Of a DNA stretch of 64,000 nt, positions 25,541 through 38,039 are shown in pieces. Source of the stretch: Felis catus (Eukaryota); assembly GCF_018350175.1 (NCBI RefSeq), contig NC_058369.1, forward strand, positions 2,482,001 through 2,546,000, given 5' to 3'. The position numbers were made by a program, and so were the translations under genes. The stretch's first letter is position 1. Every line of letters begins with the position of its first letter. A model generated the notes under the pieces. The model had not been told where the DNA came from, did no database searches, and saw only the letters and a list, made by a program, of their open reading frames with translations.

Positions 25541-28500
25541 GGGGACGCAGCCCCGTCCCCGCCCTGGCCGCCCCTCCTCCCTCTCGCCCCCTCGTTCACT
25601 CTGCTGCAGCCACACGGGCCTCCTGGCTGTTCCTCAGGTCGGTCCTTCCCCAGGGCCTTTGCATGCGCTGTCTCTGCTGCCTGGAATGCTGTTCCCCCAA
25701 ATCTCTGCAGAGTTCACTCTCTCACTTCCTTCAGGTCTTGGCTCAGATGTCACCTACTTGGTGACTGTTCCTCTTCCCCCAGAGACTCACATGCCTCCTT
25801 CCTCCTGCCTTTCAACCTTCACCTTCTCAGTGCCGCCTCCCTGCAGAAATGATTTATAATCACAGCCACCCTCCAGCACTCCAGACCCCTCTTCCCTGCT
25901 TTCCTTTTTTTCCTGGGAAAATGAAGACTCCTGACACACCATAGATCATAGGTTTTGTGTTTATGCTATCTGTTTTTCCCTCCCCCCACCCTTAGAGTGA
26001 ATACAGCATTAGGGTGGAGGCTTTTTGCCTTCTGTGTCCACCGCTGTGTCCCCAGGGCCTAGAACAGTGCCTGGGACACAGCAGGTGGGTGGGTGAACAG
26101 ATGGATGGACCAGTGAGTGGGTGGGTGGATGGATGGATGGACGAACAGATGGGTGGATGAGTGGATGGATGGATGGATGGATGGACAGGTGGATGGGTGA
26201 ATTGATGTGTGGATAGGTGGCTGGACAGGCGGGTAGATAAATGAATGGAAAACAGATGACGGGATGGACAGGTGGAGGGATAGACGGACGGACAGGTGGA
26301 TGGGTGGGTGGTTTGTGGATGGACCCGTGGTGCAGCAACAGTGAGAGTCCGTGGGAGGAGTCAAGACGGCTGGGGGCAGGAGACTGAGGGTGTGTCCAGA
26401 CGAGGCCTGAGAAGCCCCGGTGTGTAAGTCTGGGGCAGAGGAGGTGTCAGCAGTGGAGGCTAAGGAGCCCGGCCAGGGAGGCAGAAGGTCACCCCAGAGA
26501 TGATGCGCTGGGGTGAGGGGTCCAGGGGTGTGAGCCATGCGCACGAAGTCATGCCCTCTGCACAGGAGCCAGTGGGTTTGCAAGTGAGGGGAGGGGCGAT
26601 GACTACGGGAGAGGCTGTCCGCCCCACTGTTCTTAGCAAAGTGGGGACAGTCTGGGGCTAAGAGGATGGGGGGAGGAGAGAAGGTGCGGGGGGGGGCAGG
26701 CGGTGGGTGAAGGGTGGCCCCACAGCACAAGGAGATGTCTTCCGTAACCCGTAGTGGAGGCTCAGAGAGGTTAAGTGACCCGAGATCACACAGCAGAGAG
26801 GGGCACCGGGCAGGGTTTGAGCCCATCTTTAGCCGCTAGATCCCAGAGCCAAGGTTAACGGCCAAGAAGGTGGGCCGCCTGGCATGGAGGGGGCTTGGGA
26901 GCAAAGGGATTCGACCTGTTGTGGTGCGGTCCTTGTTGGCGATCAGAGACGAACAAGGGTGTCTTTCCTGCGTCTGTTTCTACGGTACAGCTGGCACATA
27001 ATAGGTGTTCAGGAAATATCGAATGGCCCCGTGCTGGGCGTGGGGGAGGAAAGGGGAAGGATAAACAGGGATCGAATGTCGCTGCCCTCAGAGAGATTGT
27101 CTCGATGTGAGCAGGTCAGTTTGAAAACACATCCATTCAGTCCACAAGTATTCATTGAGCGCCTACTGTGTACCTGGCAACTATTTAGGTCCTGGGAACC
27201 CTGGGGGGGAAAAAAAAAACCATGAAAAACTGACTGTCCTTGTGGACAGGACATTTCAGTGGGCTGGGGGAGGCGGGGAGACAGAAATAAATATAATACA
27301 GGTACCCTCTGCTCCTGGAAAGTCCGTATTATGCTACTCCCTCTGCTTTCATGAAAGGCCTGCATGAGTACCTTTTTTGGTAACCGAAAGAAATCTGAAG
27401 GAAGTTTGTGCTTTTATGAAAAAAGGCAAAACGCTAAAACAGCACTCAGCTCTGGCTTTGCACTCGGGGAAGGCTTAGAGAGGCAGTGCGAGGCCCCAGC
27501 AGCGAGGGCAGCCCCACGGAGCGCCTTCCCCGGGACCACACTCGGGCAGGCCTGCAGCCGGAGCTCTGAACTGTGTCTGCAAGCATCCGGGCCTTGCCTC
27601 GTTTAATTCTGTGCCTCCGTTAGCAAGATGTGTCCTAACCTATCAGAAAAGCCTAGGAGAGGCCAATTCGGGGGTCTGGGAATGTTCCAAAGTTTTCCAC
27701 ATAAACCAGTGGCAATTGCTTCTTTACGGAAAGTTACGGGGAAGTTTCACAGGAACGCTCTGCTTTCGGACAGCGAGGGAAACCTGTATGCGGCCTGTAA
27801 GGGCCCTGGAAAAACAGAGCAGGGTGAGCGGATGGTTGAGGGCCGTCACTTTAAACAGGGTGCTTAAGGAGCCTTCACTAAGGAGGTGCCATCTGAGCCA
27901 AGACTTGAAGGAAGGGAGTGAACCGTGCAGAGATCTGGCAGAGCGCATTCTGGAGCAGCCCATGCAAAGGTCCTGGGGCAGGACTGGGCCAGGGTTGGAG
28001 GAACAGAGGAGGCATGTGTGGCTGGGAAAGAGTGAACGAGGGGGAGAGAGGAGTAGGGGAGGGCAGGTCCTGCTTGGGGGCCACGGAGAGGACCGAGGCT
28101 TTTACCCCCAGGGAGGTGGGAGCCCCTGAAGGCTGGGGGCAGAGGAATGCTCACGGGCGCCCTCTCGTGGGGGGCGTGGCGAAGACGGTGGCGGCAGCAA
28201 GGGGGGACCCGGGGCCGGAGGGGACCGCAGCTCCAGGAGGGCGTGGATGGGCACTGGACCAGCCTGGAGGCCGTGAGCTGCCCCCAAGTGCTTGTTGTGC
28301 ACACAGCGCGCTGGGCGCAGTGCTGGGCTCTGGGGACACGTCGGTGACCTGCACGCTTGGTTCCCACCCGCAGGGAGCTCCCTGTCCTGTGGGGAGAATG
28401 AATGACTCCCGACAGGATAGGCGGTGAGCGCCCCGCACAGTCTCGGGAAGAACGGTAGAGCCGCCGGCCGCGTGCGGGGCGGGGGTGGGGGAGGGGAGAT

Positions 28501-28552
28501 GCCGAGCGTGGGGTGCAGGGGAGGGGGACAGGGTGCAGCCAGGCACGTGGCC

Positions 28553-28613
28553 ATGGCCGGTGCCCAGACCTGCCCAGCTCCGCGCAAGCGGCAGAAATCC
28601 CAGATTTACCCAC
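28553..28613 (+). CDS. Putative alternative first coding exon of CELF5 (MAGAQTCPAPRKRQKSQIYP)
   Basis: gccATGg Kozak context, 61 nt (phase 1, same as exon 1), donor CAC|GTAAGT. Inferred only. Confidence 0.45.
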
Positions 28614-31380
28614 GTAAGTGACGACCATGAGCAGTAAGAAGGAAAAAAAACAACAATTTCTGTTGTTCTATTTCATTTTCAAACAAATTTTTCTTTAGGC
28701 CCCTTAAGGCCTCTTCCCTGCACTCTGGGATTTTCTGAAACCCAGAAGCTCTTTCCCCCCTCCCCCTCCCCCCCAGCCGCAAACCCTGAGTCTGGGTTCA
28801 GCTGAAGGGCTCGTTTCTGATTTGCTGTGTGACCTCAGGAAAGCACTAAGCCTCTCTGAGCCTGGGTTCACGCATCTGTAACACGAGATAAAAATAAATG
28901 CCAGGGGGAGTGAGGATTCCAGCTAAGGGGCGGGGGGAGGTCTGACCCAGGACTTGGCTCTGTGTGATGGTGGCACTTCCTTGCGGGGCCTTTTGGGGGA
29001 TTTTTAGTCAGTCCTGGGGGGGGGGGGAGTCCTTCCCCTGATGCCCCCCAGACCTCCAGGTGGATCTGGGACCCACCTCATTACCTGATCTCCAGATCCT
29101 TAATTACATCTGCACAGTCCCTTTTTCCAAGTTGGGTCCCACGCACAGGGTGTGGAATGCACACACGACTTTTCCGGGGGACAAGACAATCCACGACACC
29201 CTCCCAGGGACGGCCAGGGCGTCCGAGCCCTGCCTGGAGTGTCCCATCCGTCTTTCCTCTCTGCCCCGCCTGGCCCGGGCTCAGTCTTTGCCCTGCCCCA
29301 TGTTGCCCTCGGCTCTGCACCCCCCCTTGACTTCTGTCCTGTGCTCTAGTCCTCCCTCTATGCTGACCACACATGGGGGTGCGTCGATGTGCCTCTTCCC
29401 AGCCTGGGAGCTGTCAGCGTCACCCATTAGTCTGGGCATTGTCCCCAGAGCACAGAATGAGCAGAGACGGGTTGCAATGGAGGGACCATACAGCCACCTT
29501 TGCTCCCTTCCTCAGAGACGGCATTTTCAAGGCCGGAGAGAGGAGTGTCCTTGTGGGCTGGGGAAAGAGCCCTGTGCAAGGGGGTCATGCGGGTATGGGC
29601 TCAAGTCCTAGCTCTGTCGCTACCTGTGGGTGACCTGGGCCACTGTGACCCTCAGACTTTTCGTCTGTAAGTTGGGCACTATTCTCGAAGGCTCTGTGGA
29701 GTTACCCCAGGGCCCCACGTTTGGGAGGCCTGTATCTTTAGGTAACCCCCTACTGATTCAGTCTATCTGGATACAAACAGTCGGTGTCTACACTAGATTG
29801 TAGGTGGAGTACGATTGTCGTTTTGTAGATGCTCTTAAGGCCACCTTTGTCTTAAAATATTAAAGGCTTCGACTTTCAGGGAAGATGGCAGGATTGGGTG
29901 CCCCTGTGGTTCCACACCCTGGGGATCAAAGCCTCCAAGCACGGTGGATGGCAGGGAGGCCCATGATGTCATATCCCAGCCCCCCCCTCCCGGGTTCAAA
30001 TTCCAGCTCAACCCTTACCCACTGCTTCCTGCATGCTCTGCATAATACCCGCCTGGTAGGGCTCCTGCAGAGAGGAGGGGTCCTGGAGCCAAGTTCCCAG
30101 GATAATGGCCACCCTGTCGAAGTGCTCTGTGAATCAGCTGTTATGGCTACTACTGTTATCTTTATAAGAGGGACAATATTGGCAGAGGAGGCACAGACTG
30201 GAGTTAGTCCTCCGGGGTTCAAATCCCGCCTCTGGCCCCGATGCGCTGTAACCTCAGGCGCATTCCTCACGAGGTGCTGTCTCAGTTTCCCTATCTGTGA
30301 AACGGGGATAATAATGAATACAATCATGCCATTCTCTTGGGCTGGTCTGAGGATTCAAAGGGTTGCAATGGGTGGGGAGCCCCTGGAAGATTCCTGGTGC
30401 TCCGGGGGGACATCGACTCTTATCATTATTACAGGTTTGAGCCATGAGATCCCCAAAGGCTCAGAACTGAGAGTAGAGAGCAGGGCATCTCAGCATGAGC
30501 AGGGATTCTCAGTAGTCTCTGGCAAGGAGGTTTCCTGTCTGGGGAGCCGCTGGTGCTTACCTCCAGAGATGGGGAACTCCCTCCTTTCCCAAAGGAGCCG
30601 TGATGAGAAAGATCTAGTTATTAGGAAACTTTCATATATACAGTGATTCCCTCGTTTTGGCCTCTGCTCTGCCCTTGGGCCCAGAGACATCTGCAGGCCT
30701 TGACCCCACCCCACCCCCACCCCCCAGATCAACCCTGGTCCAGGCTTTGAAAATGCATGTGGGTGTGAAGGGATGGTCAAGAGCCAAGCATTCTGGGAAG
30801 AACGCAGGGCTTGGCCAGCATGGGAGGGAGCTGCTGGACACAAGACCTGGCCCCCTTGTCATTGATGAGGCCGGTGGGGGGTGGGGGGGCGAGGGGGGGC
30901 CAGGGCTGGAATTGAGATGAGAGGTTCATCCAGCGTAGGCTTTGCATGGGCTGTGACTTCTGTCAGAAGGTCCCTCTGGGACTAGGATGTAACAGTTGAA
31001 ATGGGGCTCGTGGCATTTGATCCAGCATTGGATCCTGGCACTATCTGAAAGTTCCTTTCACGGAGAGGCAGGTCAGGTGCCTGTGACCCTCCCCTAGGCC
31101 TTGGGGAAAATGTTAGAAAAGATGCGAGCTCGAGGCAGTGTACCCCAGTGGTTAGCACAGCCCATGGGGCCTGGATATTCCATTCCCCATCTGTGTGACC
31201 TTGGGCAAGTCACACCCCCACTCTGTGCCCTGGCCCCTCATCTGCAGAATAGGGCAACACTAGCAGCTACTTTGTGGGTTTGTTGTAAGGACTAAGTAGT
31301 CGCTACGGAGTACGAGCTTCTTCGGATTAGAAGTCAGTGAGCTTTATTAACATCACTAACAAGTCTGGGCTGACTGGGGA

Positions 31381-31656
31381 TTGTATTAGTTTGCGAGCGC
31401 TGCAGAAACAACCTAGCACAAGCCAGGGGGCTTCAAAAACAGAAACGTGTTTGCTCACCTTCCCGGAGGCCAGAAGTCTGCGATCAAGGTGTTGGTTGAG
31501 TTGGTTCCTTCTGAGACTAAAGGAGAATCTGGTCTAGGTTAACTAATTTCATCCGCAATGACTGAATTTCCAAAATGGGTCTTATTCTGAGGTCCTGGGG
31601 AGTTAGGACAGCAACGTATGAGTTTTGGGGAGGGGAATACAATCCAGCCCTAATAA
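31381..31656 (+). mobile_element. MLT1-type (ERVL-MaLR) solo LTR remnant
   Basis: tgtattagttt start, ggaggccagaagtctgcgatcaaggtgttgg, and an end resembling gggaatacaatccagcccta. Confidence 0.7.
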
Positions 31657-31770
31657 GAACTGGAAATCAAGGCTGTATTTAGCCAGAAAGGGGTAAACAT
31701 CACACATTTTCACCAACCAGAACAGAGAAAGAGGCCAGGAAGAGAGCGGGTCAAAAGAACAGGGAAGCGT

Positions 31771-31791
31771 TTCAGCACCGAGGACAGCGGC
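31771..31791 (+). promoter_or_regulatory. REST/NRSF RE1 element
   Basis: TTCAGCACCGAGGACAGCGGC versus consensus TTCAGCACCACGGACAGCGCC: 18/21, with two of the three differences in the variable 2-bp spacer. Confidence 0.85.
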
Positions 31792-32079
31792 ACGCAATCC
31801 GGTTTGCGTCCCTCTGGCTGCAAACCTTCCAGACCCACAGGCTCATGGCCTTGAAGGTTGCTCGGGGGTCCCACCCTCCCCTCCCAGGACCAGCACACTC
31901 CATGTTCTGCAAATGAGGCCCCACGGGCAAGAGAGGACCCAAGGAGGAAGGGTTTTGCCTCTATTTTACATCTCCCTGCCGTCCAATTTCTTTCTGGCTG
32001 TGCCTAATTTCTCTCAGGCCCTAGGCTGGTTGTCTTAGCGCCTCTGGTTTCCCGGAAGACCCTGGGGGATTAAATTCAG

Positions 32080-32975
32080 AAAATAGAAACACCAAAAAAG
32101 GAGTAGAAAGACCAGCCATGGGCTGGGAGAAGATGTGTGCATCAGATGTAACCATAAAAGAATACAAAGTATTCTTTATTTACACACCACATAAAGAACT
32201 GCTGCAAAGCCACAAGGTGCCCAACTTTATTAATAACTACAGCAATGTATGTTCCAATCTCAATGAAATACAATGATACACCCACCATAATGACTAACAT
32301 CTAAAAGGCTGGCAAAACCAAGGGTTGGGGAAAACGAAGCATAAATACTGTCAGACCCGTTGGTTGGACAATGCTCTGGCACAACCCACTTTGGCAAACT
32401 GTTTGAAAGAATCGATTAAAGCTAAACGTAAGCCTACCTTGTAACCAGCAATTCCATTTCCGGATATGCCTTTGCGCATCAGAATACCTGTGCAAGAACG
32501 CTCCACAGCACGTTTATTCATGATAGCCTTTAACAGCGGACAACCCCGACGCCCATCCACAAGAGAATGGATAGCCTTGCTGTATATTCACAGGGCAAAA
32601 CACTACAAGCCAGGAAAAGGAATTAACCCCCGAAACACACAACCACCTGTTGTTGAGTGGCAGAAGCTAGATACAAAGTGTGCATATGCTATGATTCCAT
32701 TTATATAAGTTCAAAGGCAGGAAGCACTCAGCTACACTGATTAGTGACCCCCCCCCCCCCGCCCCGGCAGGAAACCAAGTGACGTGATTATCATAAGAGC
32801 TAGGTAGCAGTGACTTCTGGGGGAGATTGTCATGGGATGGGAGCACCCGGGCTTCTGGGAGCGTCTGTGTTCTATTCCTCGACCTGGAAAATGGTTACGT
32901 GATTTTATAATTATAAAATTATTATATATTACGTGATTTATAATCTAAGTTCTGCACTTTTTTGGCATATATATA
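32080..32975 (+). mobile_element. Old, degraded L1M fragment
   Basis: A-rich sequence with L1 3' motifs such as ctgggagaagat, ccagcaattccatttc and tatgctatgattccatttatataag. Confidence 0.6.
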
Positions 32976-32977
32976 TA

Positions 32978-33179
32978 TTTTTTTAATGTTTGTTTTTGAG
33001 AGAGAGAGAGAGCACAAGTGAGGGAGGGGCAGAGAGAGAGGTAGACACAGAAGCCGAAACAGGCTTCAGGCTCCGAGCTGTCAGCACAGAGCCCGACGTG
33101 GGGCTTGAACTCACGAGCTGTGAGATCATGACCTGAGCCGAAGTCAGGAGCTCAACCGATTGAGCCACCCAGGCGCCCC
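32978..33179 (-). mobile_element. SINEC_Fc-like SINE
   Basis: Reverse-complement SINE ending gagccacccaggcgcccc. Confidence 0.9.
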
Positions 33180-33214
33180 ACGGGAGGGGGGTTGTTTTTA
33201 ATATATCTCCATTA

Positions 33215-33850
33215 CAATTTTTTTTATTGGTAAAATACACATAAGATTAAATTCGCCGTCTTAACCGCGTCTAAGTGCACAGCTCAGTGGCATCAGGCAT
33301 GCTCACACTGTTGTGTAACCATCCCCACCGTCCGTCGCTGGAATTTCTCATTTTCCCAAATGGAAACTGGCTCCCTGAAGCACGGGGTCCCCGCCCCCGG
33401 CCCCACCCCTGGCTCCCACCGTCTACTCTCTGTCTCTGGGGACGGGACTCCTGTAGGGACCCCCTGTGAGTGGGACCAGACAGTCCTTGTCCTTCTGTGT
33501 CTGGCCTATTACGCTGAGCATAATAGCATCCTTCAAGGTTCATCCGCGTTGCAGCGGGGGTCAGAATTCCTCGGTTTTTAAGGCAGAATAATATTCCAGC
33601 GTATGGATGGACCCCATTGTGTTTCCCGTTCATCTGTTGACGGACACTTGGGTGGTGCCGCCTTTTGGCCGTTGTGAATAATGCTGCTGTGAACATGCGT
33701 AATATCTGTTTGAAATATCTGTCGAGTCCCTGCTTTCAATTCTTTTGGGTAGAGACCCAGACGTGCAGTTGCTGGGTCCTACGATAATTCTGTTTAACTT
33801 TTCTGAGGAACGCCAAACCGTTTTCCACGGGGGCTGCACCATTTTACGTG
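33215..33850 (-). mobile_element. Old L1M (L1MB-like) 3' end
   Basis: gtaaaatacacataag, gtggcatcaggcatgctcacactgttgtgtaacc, gaataatattcc, ttttccacgggggctgcaccatttt. Confidence 0.75.
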
Positions 33851-34429
33851 CTCACCACGAATGTTTTTTGTACGCTAGAAAGCCCTGCTCCCCAGGGCAC
33901 CAGAGGACCCCTCGGGCCTGAGGCAGACCCCTCCCCAGCAACCGGCCCAGCCGGTGGGAATGGCAGCGTGGTGACCACATCCCAGAAGGAAGGACGCGCG
34001 GCTTTAATTAGCTCCTGCCCGGAGCAAAACTGGGCACCACGGGGCTGTTCCCAGGGGCTCTCTCTGCACAGGGGGCCCTAGGGGTCGGAGGAGGCAGAGA
34101 GGCTCCAGGGGGGAGCTGGGGGTGGTGGGCACAGGGTCCACGGCGCCAGAGCAGACGACGAGGGTCTCGTTTCACACGCAGTGAACGTGGGGTCCACAGA
34201 GGTTCGAGGCAGAGTCCAGGGCTGAGGCCCGGCCCCCTGGGTCCGTCTCAGGGGACCTGACACCTGCCTGCATCCCACACCCCGCCTCAGGCAGACATCT
34301 TTCAAAACACCATTGGTCTATCCCACCGGTCTTTCTCTGGGGGCCTCTCTCCGTCTCTCTCTGTGTCTCTGGTCTCTGCAGTTCTCACGCTTCGCACCCC
34401 TCCCCAGCCCCCACCCGGCCCAGGACGGC

Positions 34430-34545
34430 GTCCAACCAATCACACCCTCGCTCTGGACCACTTCAGGGCTGGCCCGCCCCCTCTCCTCTCCTGATTGGCT
34501 CCGCTGCACCACGCCCCCTCTAGCCCCGCCCCCGCCCCACCCATC
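34430..34545 (+). promoter_or_regulatory. NF-Y / Sp-KLF motif cluster (candidate internal promoter)
   Basis: CCAAT at 34436-34440, Y-box CTGATTGGCT at 34491-34500, CCACGCCCC and CCCCGCCCCCGCCCC downstream. Confidence 0.5.
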
Positions 34546-34974
34546 CTTCCCAGCTCTGGGAGCATCCTCTCGGAGCGGGGAAACTGAGGCCCGGAGAGGG
34601 GCGGCGCCCGGCCCAAGGCCACGAAGCAGGTGCGTGGCAGAGCCGCCGTGCTCCTCCTCCCAGTGCTGGAGCACCTTCTGCATCCTTGGGGCTGCAGGTG
34701 CACTCCCCACCGTCCTCCCCGGGCAGCCGCGGCCTCACTGCCCCACCGGCCCTCACCCCGCGCTCTGCCTATCTGTTCATCTGGCGTCGGACGCGGGTTT
34801 AATTAACAGCTACTCTCCTCTCCCCTTCCCTAGCTCACCGAGGGGGAGGGGCGGCTGGACCACGGCTATTGTCCCCCCCACCCCCCATACCCTTGTCTCA
34901 GTGTCCTGTTTGTTTTTGGCTTGTAGTAAGAAAGAACATAAAATCTACCTCGATTTTTCCTTCTTTTCCATTTT

Positions 34975-35445
34975 TTTTAAAATGTGGTTAAATACAATTA
35001 AATTCACCCTCCTCACCCTTTCCAAGCGCACGGCTCAGCGGCATCAGGCACACTCACACTGTCGTGCAGCCGCCCCCACCACCCGTCTCCAGAACTTTCC
35101 ATCTCCCCAGACTGAGGCTCTGTCCCCATGAAACACGGACTCCCCGCCCCCTGCCCCAGCCCTGGCTCCCACCGTCCACTCTCTGTCCCTGGGGACGGGA
35201 CTCCTCTGGGGAGCCCCTGTGCGTGGGGTCACGCGGGGCGTGTCCTTCTGTGTCCGGCTCCTGTCACCGCACAGTGTCCTCGGGGTCCGTCCACGTGGTG
35301 CCAGGCGGCAGGACGTCCTTCCTTTTCAAAGCGGAATGATATTCCAGGGTGTGGACGGACCACATTGTGTTCGTTTGTCCATTGGTGGACACTTGACTCC
35401 CTTCCCCTTTTGGCCGTTGGGATTAATGCTGCTGTGAACTTGGGT
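34975..35445 (-). mobile_element. Old L1M (L1MB-like) 3' end abutting the exon 2 acceptor
   Basis: Same family as, and unusually similar to, the inverted copy at 24990-25540. Confidence 0.75.
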
Positions 35446-35491
35446 CTGCGATCTCCTTTTCTCTTAACGCCCCCATTTGTCTCCCTTCCAG

Positions 35492-35574
35492 GCTGTGCCT
35501 TTCTCACCTACTGTGCCAGGGACTCCGCCATCAAAGCTCAGACTGCCCTGCACGAACAGAAGACCTTGCCCGGG
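35492..35574 (+). CDS. CELF5: CELF5 exon 2 (RRM1 RNP1 to helix 2), 83 nt
   Basis: Branch-like cttaac, acceptor cccttccAG, (G)[27 protein letters not shown], donor GGG|GTGAGT. Confidence 0.97.
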
Positions 35575-38039
35575 GTGAGTCCTGGGTGCTGTCTGGGGTG
35601 TGGGGACGGAGGGGACGCTCTCACCCTGGGGAAGGCTGAGGCCCTGCCTGGGGTCAGCGGTGAGGCCCGGGTGCCTCCGGACTCAGAAAGAGGGATAAGG
35701 TGCAGAGGGACAGAAATGACCAGGGAGAGCATTTATTGAGTGCCTACTGCCCGCCATGTTCCCTGCTTCACACCAGGGTGGTTGTGTGTGGTTGTGCAGG
35801 TTGCACACGGCACAAAGGCCTGGCCCAGCGTGCAAGTGTCATTGTGCCGAGACCTGAAGGACGAGGAAGCATTAGCAGAGAAAGGGAACAGCATGTGCAG
35901 AAGCCTTGAGGCAGGATCGTGCCTGGCACGTTGGAGGAACAGCAAGGGGGCCTGTGCGGCTGGAGCAGAGTGGGCGAGGGAGCCAGGGGGAGGAGGGGAG
36001 GGCAGCGAGGGGACGGGGCAAGTCCTAAGGGCCTTGAGGGCCTCCAGGAGGAGCTTAGACGCTGCCTGCTTCTCCATATGAAAAGGAAAGGGATTTTCTT
36101 ATCCTTCATCCTTAGGAGCAAATAGAGCTACGGCCCCTTGATGAAGGGGGTGTTTGGGCAGCTTTCCACCCCCAAGGGAGGCTAGCCCAGGCTCCGTCTC
36201 CGCTGGCTCTCCCTCGTCAGCCCTGCCTTCTGGGGGTGGACAGGAAGCCCCTGTCCCCGGTGCAGGCAGGGTGGTCTGCCTGAGCCAGCTGAGCCCGGTC
36301 CCCAGGCAGCGTCTGTTCACGGAAATCGAAGGAAGCACAGTGAGACCCATGGCATCCCACGGGCTCTGGGGTGTTCACCCTTCCTTCTGGGACTCTCGTG
36401 GACTCTTCAGCATCAGGGACATTTGGGGGCTGCTTGGGTGACATCTGCAGACACAAGTGCTGGGGATTGGGGTGCAACAGGGCTGACTGGGTGCACCTGC
36501 CGGGAACATGCATCATGGCAAGGGTTGACTTGGGTCTGAACAAGCACCAGAAATGGCCCAGGGGGTGGCCTCAACCTCATGGTCAGGAACAAAGTGCCCC
36601 TTTTGGGGTGAAGACAAGAGGGGTGGAGGTGATGTGGCAGCAAGCAGTCCTTGCTGAGCAGCAGTGGGCCAGTGACTTAACCTCTCTGATCTTCAGCATT
36701 GGAAGAGTACAACGGGGTGGGGTGGAGGGAAGAAACTGTAGAGAAGGGGGTCACGGAAGGCTTCACGGAGGAGGTGACATCCAAGAAAGGATTCACAGTT
36801 CTCCCTCCATTGGACCTTCTGCCATCACCTCCCCGAACCAACTGGGGACTGGAGGGCAGGTGCATCCATGCAGGCTGGCCCCCGGGGGCACAGTGGAGTT
36901 TCTGTGGACCCCATTAGTTGTCTCCTGTGGCCTAACAATTGTTCCACAACCTGGTGGCTTCAAACAGCCAGCATTAGTGATCCCAGTGGCCGGGGGGCCA
37001 GAATTAGGGAATGAGTCTGCCACACGGCCGTGGCTCAGAGTCTCTCCTGACTGTGACTCAGGGATCCGCCTCCGTGCTGGCCCCTGGGGCAGCCGTGGAC
37101 AAGAGGCCTCAGTTCCTCGCAAGGGGGACAACTTGAGCAGCCTCACAGCATGGCGGCCGGCTTCCCCCAGGGCGCAAGGAGGGCACCACCTCGCGCCTCG
37201 TCTTGGAGCGACACGCTGTCTGCCCGCTCCCTTTGGCAGGAACCTCTGGGGACACTGGGCACCTAGAGGAAGAAACCGGTTTCGTAGTGGATTTGTCCAA
37301 GGTCGAGCAGCCAGCAAACGGCAGAATGGGGACTTGACGGCCGACCCTGTGCGGGCGCCCAGCCCTTCCGTGTCCGTGGACCGTTTTTTGGCGCGTGGCA
37401 CCAGGTTCCGGCTGGGGGCTCTGAACCATCTGTCCGGAGAAATCCGTACCCCCCTGGAGATCTGCTAAGATTTCTAGCTGTGCCCCCAGCTCAGTCCTTC
37501 TTAGCTCCCTTCTGCTCCTATTTTCCTGGTGGAATCACTGGGAGCCAAAGCCAGCCTCCGTCTCCACTGCCTGAGGCCCTGGGGGCCTGGGAAGCAGCGC
37601 CCTCTGTGTTGGGGGCCGAAGCTGGGCTCTGGGCTCCATCAGCAGCCGGGAGGGAAGCCAGAAGAAGGCGGGGGGGGGTGTCTCTCCCTAGAGTGGGGGC
37701 CCCTCGAGTCCTCAACACCCATGGGTTCACTCAACAGACATTTACTGAGCACCTGAACGAACAACCCAATGAAAGGACTTCCGGTGGTGAGGACACCACG
37801 GAGCCCAGAGGCGACGGGGGCGGGGGGGGGGGACTTTCAGTGCGATTTTCAGACTCAGGATGCGGGTTCCGTTTCGACAGGGAGCTCAGGGACCTTCTCT
37901 GAGCATCAGGGGCCAGAGGGACCGCAGGGAGCGGTGGTTGTTCGGGCAAGCGGCTCGGGCAGGGACAGCGCAGGTAGAGATGGGGGTTCGGGATGCTTTT
38001 GGAGCAAAGCTTTCTGGGTCGGAGCGAATGGGGGGGGGC

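Noticed and set aside
36371..37468. 365-aa plus-strand ORF in intron 2
   Set aside because: GTG start, crosses MER20-like and MLT1-like remnants, and has no recognisable domain.
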